Shown here in pieces: positions 30,794 to 41,440 of a stretch of DNA of 64,000 nucleotides. The stretch is from the NCBI GenBank assembly GCA_938041455.1, contig CALITO010000008.1, positions 206,319-270,318 on the forward strand. Reading direction: 5' to 3'. Within the stretch, counting starts at the first letter, position 1. Each line of letters begins with the position of its first letter. Position numbers and translations under genes: made by a program. The notes beneath the pieces are model-generated. The model searched no databases and was not told the DNA's origin. It saw only the letters and a list, made by a program, of their open reading frames with translations. This DNA comes from an uncultured bacterium. GTDB taxonomy: Bacteria; Armatimonadota; JACIXR01.

Positions 30794-31780
30794 TCAGATG
30801 GTGGCTTGGGGAAAATTTGATGGGGAAAAGCACAAGCCTCGCTTTCTGCTCTCTGCAACCGGTAAATATAGCTTGGAATAATCCACTCCTTTACAATAAA
30901 GGGGACATCTTATAGGGCACCCAGTCCTCCCAAAACTTGCCTTTCTAAAAAGGGCATTTTGTAAAGGGGCTTTATGTGTCCCCTCTAACAGGGAACTCTC
31001 TCCGCCGCCAGTGCCTCCAAGAACTTGTCTCTGGATATGCCGTCCCACTTTTCCAGAATAAATTTTAAATGCCAATAATAGAAACACCAGCGCATAACCA
31101 TAGGGTCACGGTAAATGGACTCAACTCCTTCTACTTTCCTGAACAACTCTACGAGATAGTTAGAATTCCTTTCCCTTGTTTCTATCTGTTCGGGGAACCT
31201 CCTTAGTTGGGCTAATCCTATCGCCGCTTGCCACTCGGTCATCCACAAGTTCGTTCCAGGGCTATAATGCTCATAAAATCCCTTGCCGGGTAGGCGACCT
31301 ATATGGTGATAGGGGAAAGTTTTCTTGTAGAGTTCCTCATAGTTTGTGAGAATCATTCTCCCTTCTCCACAGGTCAAGGTTTTGCTCATCTGGAAGCTAA
31401 ATGTTCCTAATGGGAAACTGCATGTTCCTTTCTCCTTCCATTGGGAGCCGTGGGAATTGCGCGCAATCCGAGATAACATAAATCCCATATCTCTCCCCTA
31501 TCTCATTCAGGGCGTCCATATCGCAGGGCATACCCCCAACATCCACCCCCACTATAAACGGCAATAGCATAATTGAGCTCCCTGGAACTCGGCAAAAGCT
31601 TTCTCAAATTGGGCGACCTTGGACTGCCAGTAGCCTTCTTGTGTATAATCCCATCCCCAACCACCAAACCACCATTTCCCACTTTCTAAAACCTCAAATA
31701 GTTAACTTCGCCATCCTATATCCTTAAGCATATTCTATGGGAAAAATATAGGGGTCAATCACTTGTCTTCGTTTTAATGC
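30794..31780 (-). pseudogene. DegT/DnrJ/EryC1-family sugar aminotransferase remnant, N-terminally truncated and carrying at least two frameshifts
   Basis: Minus-strand translation gives ...VGGMPCDMDALNEIGERYGIYVISDCAQ in one frame (about 31570-31440), continues as SHGSQWKEKGTCSFPLGTFSFQ...GEGRMILTNYEEL...WQAAIGLAQLRRF in ORF 30985-31488, and C-terminal LPVAE...LCFSP motif in a third frame (ORF 30794-31087). Confidence 0.65.
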
Positions 31781-31854
31781 CCCTTAATCATTTGTATAAG
31801 TGAACCTTTTGGCACTTGCTATTACCCCCCGGATTAAGGTAAAATAAATCGTAG

Positions 31855-33354
31855 ATGAGAAATAGCCTTGCTCTTTCCCTTTTGTTCCTGTTGTCTTCTC
31901 TCCTTTACCCCAGAGAGGAAGAGAAATGCCGAGTGTTCCTCCTTGGGAAGTCTTACGAATTACAGAGTTGTATTGTTGATCAAGGAAAGGTATTCGTTGC
32001 CCTGGATATTTCCCCTTTGTCCTCTCTGTTAAAAGAGACGAAATTGACGACTTTGAAAAAAGGCAACGAAACTTTTTACTCCCTAAATGATTTGAGCAAC
32101 CTGAAAGCTCTATCCTGCAAATGGGATGGAGAGAAAAAACAAGCAATCGTTGCAGTAAGGCTAAAGCGGGAAAACATAACTTGGGAAAGGACAACCTCTT
32201 CCCTGATCTTCCAAATTACTACGCCTGTACCTCTTTCCTTTCAAACCGGAATTCTATCTTCTCCCAATCGTGTTTTCTTGGATATTATAGGGGCTCATCT
32301 TTATCCGGCGAAAATTGAGGAAAACATTGGAGATAATCTCAAGATGAGGATAGAGCAACACTCCGTCGCTCCCGATGTGGTCAGATTTGTCTTGGACCTC
32401 CCGCTATACCTTCCCAAGGTGGAGTTTTCTCCCTCACCCTCCAACCGGATAACGATTTCGCTAACCTCTCCCTTAAAGGGAAAGGGAAGCGAATTAGAAG
32501 CTATACATATTATGAAGTCAGATGGTAGCACCTTTGCTTCCCTTAGGCTTTCCCAATTAAGCCAATATAAAACCCTGCTGCTTAAAAATCCACCTCGTCT
32601 TGCCATTGATATAAGCCCTGCCTATCTTTCTCCTTCCCTAATACTCCCCCAAGAGTTTTTCTCCCCTATTTCCCAGGTTCGCTGGTCCCAATTTTCTTAT
32701 GACCCGCCAACGGTGAGGGTGGTTTTCGACCTTGAGAAAGAAACGAGGGTGGAGATAAGGAGTGAACCTTCTCTTATTCAGGTGAAGTTCGGTTCCGTAG
32801 CTCCCAGGGAGTTTCGGAATCTGGAGAAACTCAAGATAGTTATAGATCCCGGACATGGAGGAAGCGAGCCGGGAGCGATAAGCAAGAACGGAGTGAGGGA
32901 AAAGGATATCAATTTGGACATAGCGCGGAGAGTAAAGGTGATTCTCCCAACCGTCTTTTTAACCAGGGAGGATGATATAGATGTATCCTTAGAGGGAAGG
33001 GTGAATTTTGCCTATCAGGTGAATGCGGATGTTTTTATAAGCATTCACAATAACTCTATGCCCGAGGGTAGAGTGGGAACGGGAACGGAAACATATTATT
33101 TTAGGGAGGATAGTTTAATTTTGGCCCAGTGTGTCCACGAAGTGCTTGTCTCCAAGCTCGGGCTTCCCGATGGGGGAGTGAAAAGACGAGGTTTCTATGT
33201 GATAAAGAATTCCCCTTGCCCCTCCATTCTCATTGAAGGAGCTTATCTTTCCAATCCATCAGAGGAAAAATTGCTCGTTACTGAGGAATTTCGTCAAAGA
33301 ATAGCCGAGGCAGTAGTGGAAGGATTAAGAAAATATTTTGAGGGAGGAAAATGA
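31855..33354 (+). CDS. N-acetylmuramoyl-L-alanine amidase (Amidase_3, AmiC-like) with N-terminal AMIN-like domains
   Basis: KIVIDPGHGG...ISIHNNS zinc-amidase motifs; signal peptide. Confidence 0.85.
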   Translation: MRNSLALSLLFLLSSLLYPREEEKCRVFLLGKSYELQSCIVDQGKVFVALDISPLSSLLKETKLTTLKKGNETFYSLNDLSNLKALSCKWDGEKKQAIVAVRLKRENITWERTTSSLIFQITTPVPLSFQTGILSSPNRVFLDIIGAHLYPAKIEENIGDNLKMRIEQHSVAPDVVRFVLDLPLYLPKVEFSPSPSNRITISLTSPLKGKGSELEAIHIMKSDGSTFASLRLSQLSQYKTLLLKNPPRLAIDISPAYLSPSLILPQEFFSPISQVRWSQFSYDPPTVRVVFDLEKETRVEIRSEPSLIQVKFGSVAPREFRNLEKLKIVIDPGHGGSEPGAISKNGVREKDINLDIARRVKVILPTVFLTREDDIDVSLEGRVNFAYQVNADVFISIHNNSMPEGRVGTGTETYYFREDSLILAQCVHEVLVSKLGLPDGGVKRRGFYVIKNSPCPSILIEGAYLSNPSEEKLLVTEEFRQRIAEAVVEGLRKYFEGGK

Positions 33355-33884
33355 AAATATCTACCAAAAGTCTCTTCGTCTTGCTGATCATTTGTGTGCT
33401 TCTCCTCAGCTTGATCCTTTTTCTAAGGTTGCGCCGTGAGGGAAAAGAAGAAGCGGTGTGGGAAGAAGTGAAACTTTATCTCGCTGATTACACCTCCGCT
33501 GGGGGACCCTTTCTCATTCCAGTGAAGGTTAAGGTAGAAAAAAACGATGTGCTCGCCTCCGCTATGGACTTATTGAGAAATCCACCCCCTTATATTAGGG
33601 GAGTTTCCTCTCCCCTTCCAAAGGGCGCAAACCTTCTATCAGCAGAAGTGAAGGGAGATATCGCCTACCTCAACTTCTCCAAAGAACTGAAGGATAATTT
33701 CCCCGGGGGTTCTACAAACGAGATGTTGGTAGTCTATGGGATAGTTAACACCGCCTGTTCGCTAAAGAAGATAAAAAGGGTTCAGATACTTATAGAGGGG
33801 AAGGTAATAGATAGCTTGGGAGGGCATTTAGAAATCTCCGCTCCTTTGGAGCCCGATACTGAACTGGTCAAATGGAAAAGCTAA
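33351..33884 (+). CDS. GerMN domain protein
   Basis: TM anchor then GerMN-like region; canonical position after amidase; 4-nt overlap. Confidence 0.65.
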   Translation: MKISTKSLFVLLIICVLLLSLILFLRLRREGKEEAVWEEVKLYLADYTSAGGPFLIPVKVKVEKNDVLASAMDLLRNPPPYIRGVSSPLPKGANLLSAEVKGDIAYLNFSKELKDNFPGGSTNEMLVVYGIVNTACSLKKIKRVQILIEGKVIDSLGGHLEISAPLEPDTELVKWKS

Positions 33885-34666
33885 GCGAGCCCATAGGGAT
33901 ATTCGATTCCGGTGTAGGAGGGCTCACCGTTGCCCGAGCCATTTTAAATCTTCTACCCGGAGAATCCCTTCTTTACTTTGCTGATACAAGAAACATACCC
34001 TATGGGGAACATCCCCCAGAGGAGGTGGAGGATTTCGCTCTAAGAATAACTTCTTATTTGGTTCAGAGGGGTATTAAGCTCCTTGCTATTGCTTGTAATT
34101 ATTCCTCTGCTCTTATCTATCACAAGGTCAAGGAGTTGTATCCTAACTTACCTGTTGTTGGTGTTCTGCAGGCTGGGGCAAGATTAGCGGGCAATTCGCC
34201 CTACGAGATTATCGGCGTCCTGGCAACTCGTGGCACGGTTAAAACAAGGGTTTATCCCCTAGAGATAAAGAAGTTCAACCCTCTAAAGAAAATCTTCCAA
34301 ACAAGTTGTCCCTTTTTGGTATCGCTTATAGAAGGTTTTGCACCTTTAGGGGAAATTCGCTCCGCCTTGAAGCCTTGTCTCAAGAAGTTAGAGAGAAAAG
34401 GAATAGAGGCATTAGTTTTGGGATGTACTCATTATCCATTGGTAAAAGACTTGATCGAAGAAGAGTTAGGGGGAAAGATAGCCCTACTTGACCCAGCGGA
34501 GGAAATGGCGAAGGAAGTGGAGCAAATTTTAAAGGTATCAAATTTAGTTTCTCAGAGTTCCTCTCACCACAGCTTTATTGTTTCGGGCAACGATGCTTCC
34601 CTAAAGAAGTTCCTACCTTTGCTATTGGGAGTTAATATAATAAAAATAGAACATGTTGAATTATAA
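33872..34666 (+). CDS. murI: Glutamate racemase
   Basis: IGIFDSGVGGLTV N-terminal motif, GCTHYP second catalytic Cys motif. Confidence 0.9.
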   Translation: MEKLSEPIGIFDSGVGGLTVARAILNLLPGESLLYFADTRNIPYGEHPPEEVEDFALRITSYLVQRGIKLLAIACNYSSALIYHKVKELYPNLPVVGVLQAGARLAGNSPYEIIGVLATRGTVKTRVYPLEIKKFNPLKKIFQTSCPFLVSLIEGFAPLGEIRSALKPCLKKLERKGIEALVLGCTHYPLVKDLIEEELGGKIALLDPAEEMAKEVEQILKVSNLVSQSSSHHSFIVSGNDASLKKFLPLLLGVNIIKIEHVEL

Positions 34667-34678
34667 GAGGAGGTTTTA

Positions 34679-35413
34679 ATGCTCAGAATAGATGGAAGAA
34701 CAAACGACCAGCTTCGTCCCATTTCCTTCAAGAGGGGGGTGGTGAAATATGCGGAGGGTTCTTGTTACATTGAGCAGGGCGATACCAAACTTATATGCAC
34801 TGCTACGGTAGAGGAGGAGAAAGTTCCCTCTTTTCTTCGGGGCTCAGGAAGTGGCTGGATAACTGCGGAGTATGGAATGCTTCCCCGTTCCACGAGGACC
34901 CGTACTCCGCGAGAAAGTTCCAAGAATTTCCCCATTGGAAGGGTAATGGAGATAAGAAGGATGATAGGGAGGAGCTTGCGGGCCGCCTTTGACCTCCAAA
35001 AGTTAGGAGAACGGACGATAATCGTAGACTGCGATGTCATAACCGCCGATGGGGGGACAAGGTGCGCTGCCGTCAACGCCGGTTTCATAGCAGTTGTTGA
35101 AGCCCTTCATTATCTTAAAAATCTCGGTATATTGAAAAGTCTCCCCATATTAGATTATCTCGCCTCTGTAAGTGCAGGAATAGTTATGGGTAAGGAAATG
35201 ATAGACCTTTGCTTTGAAGAGGATTCCACTGCTTCCGTGGATATGAACCTCGTTATGACAGAGAAAGGAAGAATCGTGGAGCTCCAAGCCACCGCAGAAG
35301 GAGTTCCCTTCACAAAGGAACAATTAGACCACCTGCTGGAGATGGCAAAATCTGCCATCTTTCGCATTATTTCCTTACAAAAGGAAACACTAAAAGATAT
35401 CTTAGAAAAATAG
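34679..35413 (+). CDS. rph: Ribonuclease PH
   Basis: MLRIDGRTNDQLRP...AEGSCYIEQGDTKLI; 244 aa. Confidence 0.9.
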   Translation: MLRIDGRTNDQLRPISFKRGVVKYAEGSCYIEQGDTKLICTATVEEEKVPSFLRGSGSGWITAEYGMLPRSTRTRTPRESSKNFPIGRVMEIRRMIGRSLRAAFDLQKLGERTIIVDCDVITADGGTRCAAVNAGFIAVVEALHYLKNLGILKSLPILDYLASVSAGIVMGKEMIDLCFEEDSTASVDMNLVMTEKGRIVELQATAEGVPFTKEQLDHLLEMAKSAIFRIISLQKETLKDILEK

Positions 35414-35425
35414 GAGGTTGAGGAT

Positions 35426-35929
35426 ATGAACAACTTTTTGGGAAGCCTATACCAGCATATCTTCTATTTTGTTCTTGCTGACACCTTTTTTATATTGCTT
35501 TTCCTTTTGCTTCTTCTATTTCTCTTTAGGAAGGTAAAGGAAACAAATCGCCTTCTCCAGTGGCTTGGAGAGGGGGAGAAGGTGAAAGATGTCAGGCTTC
35601 TACTTGCCCGCCAGCGAACTTTTATTGAGGAGGTGGAAAAGAACTTCTCCGCTCTGAGAGAAGAGATAAAGGAAATAAAGGAAAAGCAGTTGGAAACCCT
35701 GCAGAAGGTTGGTTTTATACGCTTTGACGCTTTTAAAGACATAGGAGGCGAATTGAGCTTTTCCCTTGCTCTTCTCAACGGCAAGAATGAGGGAGTAGTA
35801 ATAAGCAGTTTACATGGGAGGGAAGGTTCAAGGGTTTACGGGAAGACGATCAAGGATGGTTCCTCAGGCTTTCCTCTCTCTGATGAGGAAAAGGAAGCAA
35901 TAAATAGGGCGCTTAGTGGAGGTGAATAG
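35426..35929 (+). CDS. DUF4446-like membrane-anchored protein
   Basis: N-terminal TM, coiled-coil, C-terminal [21 protein letters not shown] motif recalled from DUF4446; identification from memory only. Confidence 0.5.
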   Translation: MNNFLGSLYQHIFYFVLADTFFILLFLLLLLFLFRKVKETNRLLQWLGEGEKVKDVRLLLARQRTFIEEVEKNFSALREEIKEIKEKQLETLQKVGFIRFDAFKDIGGELSFSLALLNGKNEGVVISSLHGREGSRVYGKTIKDGSSGFPLSDEEKEAINRALSGGE

Positions 35930-35932
35930 AAA

Positions 35933-37513
35933 ATGGGAAGCGATGTGAAGAATGTATCCAAATCTGAGGTTGATGAGCGCCTATCTGCCCTCATAAGTAA
36001 TGCCTCAGCTATAAGGGCGGTAGCCTCAGCTGTGGAGGGGACATTAGGTCCGAAAGGGTTAAATTGTATGCTTGTGGATAGGTTTGGCGATGTGGTGATA
36101 ACAAACGATGGTGCAACTATTCTCAGCAAGATAGAGGTAAACCATCCAGCGGGGAAAATGTTGATAAATGCAGCGAAGGCCCAGGATGAGGAGGTCGGCG
36201 ATGGGACGACCACTGTTACGCTTTTGGCTTCTGCCCTCATATCGGAGGGAGTTAATCTTGCCCTGCGAGGTGTGCCCATAGCGAAGTTAATAGAAGGAAT
36301 AAAGATTGGTATCAAGAGGGCTATAAAGGTTATGGAACAAAACAGTAGACCCATAGAGAATTTTCTCTCTCCTCTTCTTTACCGTGCTGCTTATGTGGCC
36401 GGACGGGAGAATGAAGATATAGCAAGGATAGCCGTTGAAGCAGGAAGGATTATGGGAAAAGAGAAGTTATTGGACCCTGCCTTCAAGTTGAAGGACATGG
36501 TAGTGGCAAAGGAAGGGGCTGAGAACGAGGTTTTTCTTGGCTTAATCATCAACAAGGAGCGGATGAACCGCCAGATGCCTCGGAGAGTGGAGAAAACACC
36601 TGTTCTGGTAGTGGACGATGCCTTGGAACCAGAGGAAATAGAGGACGATGCCTTGGCAACGGAAAGTGGGTTTAGGGAGTATCAGAGGTTGCGTCAGGAG
36701 TTCAAGCAAGGGATAGAAAAGGTGATATCCCTAGGGGTGAAATTCGTTGCGGTTTCAAAGGGTGTTGATAGACTGGCAGAGGAAATGCTCACAGATGCAG
36801 GTGTTATGGTGCTCAGACGTCTCTCAAATAAGGAAATAAGCAAACTTTCCGAACATACCGGGGCTAAACCAATAAAGAGAACTTCCCTCTCGAAATCGAA
36901 GGATGAATTGCAAACATTCCTTGGGTATGCGGAGGCCGTTTACCACGATGAAAAGCTCGAGCATACCCGCATTATGGGGGGGAAAGGTAAGCCTGTGGCG
37001 ACAATCCTTGTCGGCGCTGCTACTGAGGAAGTGAAGGAAGAAAGGGAAAGGATCGCAAAGGATGCTGCTGCAGCTGTTCAATCAGCAATAAAAGGTGGCG
37101 TCCTTCCAGGAGGAGGAGCGATAGAACTCTACGCAATAAAGGAGGTTGAAAAAGCGAGAGAAGAAACAAAGGGGATGGCAGTCTATGGTATAGATTGCGT
37201 TATAGAAGCACTTAAAAAACCATTAACTCACATAGTGCTCAACGCGGGATTCAACCCCCTTGAAAAGATAGGAGATGTTCTTGCTCAACAAGCGAAAAAT
37301 AATAACGATGCTCTCGCAATAGATTGCGACACAGGCGAGATCGCGGATATGATGGAATTAGGAATCGTAGACCCTACATTGGTCAAAGTATTCGCCCTCA
37401 AGACGGCAGGAGAATTTGCAGAGGCAATCCTCAGAATCAATATGATTATCAAAAAGAAAGAAGAACCATCAGGGGAGGAAAAAGAGAAAAGCGCGCATAG
37501 CGAGGAAGTGTGA
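35933..37513 (+). CDS. Thermosome/TCP-1-type (group II/III) chaperonin, bacterial
   Basis: [33 protein letters not shown]-binding motifs of the group II (archaeal/eukaryotic-type) rather than GroEL type; 526 aa. Confidence 0.85.
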   Translation: MGSDVKNVSKSEVDERLSALISNASAIRAVASAVEGTLGPKGLNCMLVDRFGDVVITNDGATILSKIEVNHPAGKMLINAAKAQDEEVGDGTTTVTLLASALISEGVNLALRGVPIAKLIEGIKIGIKRAIKVMEQNSRPIENFLSPLLYRAAYVAGRENEDIARIAVEAGRIMGKEKLLDPAFKLKDMVVAKEGAENEVFLGLIINKERMNRQMPRRVEKTPVLVVDDALEPEEIEDDALATESGFREYQRLRQEFKQGIEKVISLGVKFVAVSKGVDRLAEEMLTDAGVMVLRRLSNKEISKLSEHTGAKPIKRTSLSKSKDELQTFLGYAEAVYHDEKLEHTRIMGGKGKPVATILVGAATEEVKEERERIAKDAAAAVQSAIKGGVLPGGGAIELYAIKEVEKAREETKGMAVYGIDCVIEALKKPLTHIVLNAGFNPLEKIGDVLAQQAKNNNDALAIDCDTGEIADMMELGIVDPTLVKVFALKTAGEFAEAILRINMIIKKKEEPSGEEKEKSAHSEEV

Positions 37514-37516
37514 CCA

Positions 37517-40500
37517 ATGTCTAAATGGGGAGGGAAATTTGTCATTCTTCTATGGCTATCTTTCTCCTTTCACTCCCTTGCCTCTGAAGTTATCCAGTTT
37601 ATGGTGGTTAATAAGAGTGACCAACTTCTTTTCCAGAAAATCATTAGTTACCAATTATCTCGCCCTTTAGAATATTCTCCATCTGTTGTGGAGAGCACCG
37701 GGGGAAAGAGCGAGGAGGTGGCTTCCCAATATGATAAGGAAAGCAAAAGCTTGCTCGTTCTCCTCTCAGGCTTAACGAAGCCGGCTGAAACGAGGACTTT
37801 CCGAATAGAACTTGAAAGAAAAACTAATTCAACCACTGACCTCAAACTCGAGGAGACGAAGAATACCATTTTGGTTGGCAATACCTACTTTCAAGTTGAA
37901 CATCCCAAAAAAGGTGATGGAGGGTTCCCCACCTACATCCTTTTCAATGTTTCGGGCAACAAAGAACGCTTTATCTTTGAGGACCGCCTCTATGAGAAAA
38001 AAGAGGGATACTTCACCCTTAGAGGAGACCCAGAATCTTCTACCAGAGTTCTCTCCAAAGGTCCCCTGGAAATAGTAATTGAAGCTAAGGCACGCTATTT
38101 CAGTAATCGTTATGCCCCAGGAAACGCTCGCGCTACCTATACCTATAGATATCGTGCTTATAGCCCCTATATAGAAGTTTTAGCTAAAGTAGAAAAGGAC
38201 GACGATTTCTCCTGGAGCGAGCTTCACTTTCTCCAGATATCCCGCAAGGATAATACTTTCCTTTTCTGGGCAGGTGGTGAACCTTTGCAACGGGGTATAT
38301 TCACCGATTCCCGTCAAGGTAAGTTACTGGAGAAATGGGCGGTTATGTTCAATTACGAAGACGCTATCGGACTTTACACAGAGAAAAATATCTCCCTTTT
38401 CGATGGGATAAGCGAGTATTATAACTATATTCAAGAATCCGTAGCGCCCTTCACAGAAAAGGTCAGTGCCTTTCACGCCTGGATTTATGTGGGACCCCCT
38501 CCGAGCGATTTAAGTAAGACCTTTGCCGACATCTCAAGGGAAGGAAAAATAGAAATCCATCCCCTACCCTTTACCACCGCCAACTTTCACCACCCTAAAT
38601 ACAAAATGGAAAACAAAATCATACAAATAGGTTTTGCTTCAGAAGAAGACGGTTTTGGGGTTGTAAGTCTTCTCAATAAACTTACTGGCGAGGAGTTCCT
38701 CCGGGTTCCTCCTGAGGAAAATCCCTTAATTTGGCGAATCATCCTTTCCCGAATGGGAAAGGATAATCTAACGATAGATAACACTGTGCCTTCTTTGAAG
38801 AACATACAAAGGAGACGAACAAAATCGGGTCTTGAATGCCAACTTACTTGGCGCAATATAAACATAGGGGAAGAAAAGGGTGTTCTGGATATATCGGTCA
38901 CGGTGGAACTCTCTGATGATTCTCCCCTTTCCCTTTGGCGGATATCAGTAAATAACCGGAGCAAGGTTTATGGTTTGTGGGAAATCCATTTCCCTCTATT
39001 TTCTCCGCTGGGCGAACCAAAAGAAGTCGATGTAGCTGTGCCTCGTTCTAACTGGGGTCTACTCTATCGGAAGTGGGAAGGAAATGTTTCCGGATATTAT
39101 CCAAGTTGTGATTGGCCTATGCAGTTCGTTTCTCTTAATAAAAGAGATAGTGGGCTTTACCTTGCTTGTTACGATCCCCAAGCTTGGACAAAATCCTTCT
39201 CTTACAAACCGGGTTCCCAATTCTACTTCAATGTATGGGCGGAGAATATGGGTATAGCAGGCTCCGATTTCCATTCCTTTCCATTCGCCATAGGAGTCTT
39301 TCAAGGCAACTGGATTAAAGCTTGCAAACTTTATCGAGAATGGGCGATTAGAAATGCACCCTGGACTAAAAAGGGACCACTAACAAAACGCAAGGATACA
39401 CCAGAGATAATAAAAAATCTGGGACTCTGGATGCTGGGCGGAGGAACAAAGGAAGAAGTTATCCCTCCTATGCTTAAAGCTAAGGAGTTCTTCCAGGTCC
39501 CCATCGGAATCCATTGGTACAATTGGCATCAGATCGGTTTTGATACGGAATACCCAAATTACTTTCCCTATAAACCGGGTTTCCCTCAAGGTGTGAAGGA
39601 ACTCACCAATAGGGGAATTATCGCCATGCCTTATATAAACGGTAGACTTTGGGATTCTTCCCTTGATAGTTTCAAAAACGAGGCCATAGTTTGGGCTACG
39701 AAAAACTCTGCTGGCGAACCCTATATAGAAGTTTATAATCCTCAAGTAAAACATGCTGTGATGTGTCCTTATACAACTTTTTGGCAGAATAAGGTGAACG
39801 GGATAGTAGAGAGACTGATAAAGGAATGTGGAGTAAACGCCATATATATAGATCAGATAGGTGCAGCGGGCTCCGTGCTTTGCTTTGACAAGAACCATAC
39901 CCATCCCATAGGAGGAGGAGGATATTGGGTATCGGGATATAGAGAATTATTGAAGAAGGTCAAGGAAAAATGCGCTGGCGGGGTTGCCATAACTACGGAG
40001 AACAACGCTGAGCCCTATATGGACGGGGTTGATGCTTTCCTTATCTGGAACCCTCGCCATCCTGACGAAATTCCAATGATGACCACTGTTTACAGTGGAT
40101 ATACTATTTATTTCTCCAGTCCTACCCACGGCTACTCCGATACCATTTCCTTCGCAATGCTTCAAGGAAGAGATTTCCTCTGGGGATGTCAACTTGGCTG
40201 GATGGGATTCGAACTTCTTTCTCCCGAGCATAAGGAAAAAGCAGAGTTCCTGAGAACTCTCGCCAAATATAGAATGGTTTCTCTAAAGTACCTTATCTAT
40301 GGAGAACTGCTCGGGGAAATAGAACCCCTCAATGAAATTCCCAAAGTTAAAGGAACTTGGTTCCAGTGGGGTGGAGGAACATTTACCGCGGAACTTCCCG
40401 CTGTTATGGGCACATATTGGAAGGGGGCGGATGGGACTATAGGAGCTCTCATCGTCAATGTCAGCGACAGAGAACAAGCTTTCTCCTTTTCCTTACCCCG

Positions 40501-41434
40501 AAATTTTCTGCCAACAGGAGAAATTTTGATAAACAATATATCACCCGAGGGAAAATATCCTTTCCTCCACCGCGGTTTTTCCTCTATCACTCTCAGCCTA
40601 CCCCCTTTCTCAGTAAGAATTCTGGAATTTCAACCACTTCAAAGGAAACAAACTATTAAACTTCCTCCATCCCAAGAGTATGTGATGGCAAATGGCTTAG
40701 AATGGGAGCTATCCACGGATAAAAAGGAGATTGTAGGGGGCGAAAAATACAACATCGTCTTCCGAGCAAAGGCGAACAAACCCCTTAAACTACTTCTTCA
40801 TATTGAGGGAGAGAGCCTTTCCCTCAATATAGATGGAAAGAATATAAGCCAGTTGGTCATACCAAAAGTGGCTCCACTCGTCCAAGATACTCAATACCTC
40901 TGTTCCAAAGGGACTTTGTATTTTGATAAATATAAAACCGAGGTAGTTGTTCCCATAAAGGTCCTCCCCCGGTTTGAGCTATTGCTTTCCGCCGACACCC
41001 TAAGAGCAGGAGAAAAAGCCATAATGAGGGTAGAAATCAAAAATAATTCAACTCAGGACTCTTCCGCTCGTCTTTTTCTCCTACTTCCACCTCAATGGGA
41101 GGTTGCGCCAGCGAACAGCCTGCAAGTGTTTATCCCTGCCCAGGAGAAAAGCGATTTCTTTTTCCAAATTTATATCCCTTCTCAATTCTCCCTTAATGAG
41201 GCAAAGGTAAAAGCCCATATTGGCGAGCAGACAGCGGTAATCTCTTTGAAAGTGTTCCCTCCTTCCCCCATAGCTGAATGCCCTTACTTCAAACCAACTG
41301 GCGAAGGATTGCTTGCTTTAAAAGCAGGGAAACCGCTTTTAATAGAACCGAAAGGGGTGAAGGTCTCCCATTGGAAAGGAGAGGAAGACATCTGGGGAAG
41401 AAGTTGGATCGGCTGGGATGAAAAGAATTTCTAG
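37517..41434 (+). CDS. Very large secreted protein (1305 aa to the in-frame TAG), putative glycoside-hydrolase-like TIM-barrel enzyme with C-terminal Ig-like and CBM9-like modules; reading frame continues into 41441-41878
   Basis: Signal peptide, length, IYIDQIGAAG...HTHP putative catalytic region, secreted-enzyme context. Confidence 0.7.
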   Translation: MSKWGGKFVILLWLSFSFHSLASEVIQFMVVNKSDQLLFQKIISYQLSRPLEYSPSVVESTGGKSEEVASQYDKESKSLLVLLSGLTKPAETRTFRIELERKTNSTTDLKLEETKNTILVGNTYFQVEHPKKGDGGFPTYILFNVSGNKERFIFEDRLYEKKEGYFTLRGDPESSTRVLSKGPLEIVIEAKARYFSNRYAPGNARATYTYRYRAYSPYIEVLAKVEKDDDFSWSELHFLQISRKDNTFLFWAGGEPLQRGIFTDSRQGKLLEKWAVMFNYEDAIGLYTEKNISLFDGISEYYNYIQESVAPFTEKVSAFHAWIYVGPPPSDLSKTFADISREGKIEIHPLPFTTANFHHPKYKMENKIIQIGFASEEDGFGVVSLLNKLTGEEFLRVPPEENPLIWRIILSRMGKDNLTIDNTVPSLKNIQRRRTKSGLECQLTWRNINIGEEKGVLDISVTVELSDDSPLSLWRISVNNRSKVYGLWEIHFPLFSPLGEPKEVDVAVPRSNWGLLYRKWEGNVSGYYPSCDWPMQFVSLNKRDSGLYLACYDPQAWTKSFSYKPGSQFYFNVWAENMGIAGSDFHSFPFAIGVFQGNWIKACKLYREWAIRNAPWTKKGPLTKRKDTPEIIKNLGLWMLGGGTKEEVIPPMLKAKEFFQVPIGIHWYNWHQIGFDTEYPNYFPYKPGFPQGVKELTNRGIIAMPYINGRLWDSSLDSFKNEAIVWATKNSAGEPYIEVYNPQVKHAVMCPYTTFWQNKVNGIVERLIKECGVNAIYIDQIGAAGSVLCFDKNHTHPIGGGGYWVSGYRELLKKVKEKCAGGVAITTENNAEPYMDGVDAFLIWNPRHPDEIPMMTTVYSGYTIYFSSPTHGYSDTISFAMLQGRDFLWGCQLGWMGFELLSPEHKEKAEFLRTLAKYRMVSLKYLIYGELLGEIEPLNEIPKVKGTWFQWGGGTFTAELPAVMGTYWKGADGTIGALIVNVSDREQAFSFSLPRNFLPTGEILINNISPEGKYPFLHRGFSSITLSLPPFSVRILEFQPLQRKQTIKLPPSQEYVMANGLEWELSTDKKEIVGGEKYNIVFRAKANKPLKLLLHIEGESLSLNIDGKNISQLVIPKVAPLVQDTQYLCSKGTLYFDKYKTEVVVPIKVLPRFELLLSADTLRAGEKAIMRVEIKNNSTQDSSARLFLLLPPQWEVAPANSLQVFIPAQEKSDFFFQIYIPSQFSLNEAKVKAHIGEQTAVISLKVFPPSPIAECPYFKPTGEGLLALKAGKPLLIEPKGVKVSHWKGEEDIWGRSWIGWDEKNF

Positions 41435-41440
41435 CTCCTC

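Noticed and set aside
35836-36354. 172-aa minus-strand ORF inside the chaperonin gene
   Set aside because: Antisense shadow of a confidently identified gene. No RBS, no homology.
38587-40659. Several 60-170 aa ORFs on both strands within 37517-41434
   Set aside because: All lie inside the continuous 1305-aa secreted-protein frame. Composition fits the long ORF, not these.
41432-41434. Possibility that TAG is reassigned genome-wide (alternative genetic code)
   Set aside because: Every other gene in the window is intact with no internal TAG. A point nonsense mutation or error is more parsimonious.
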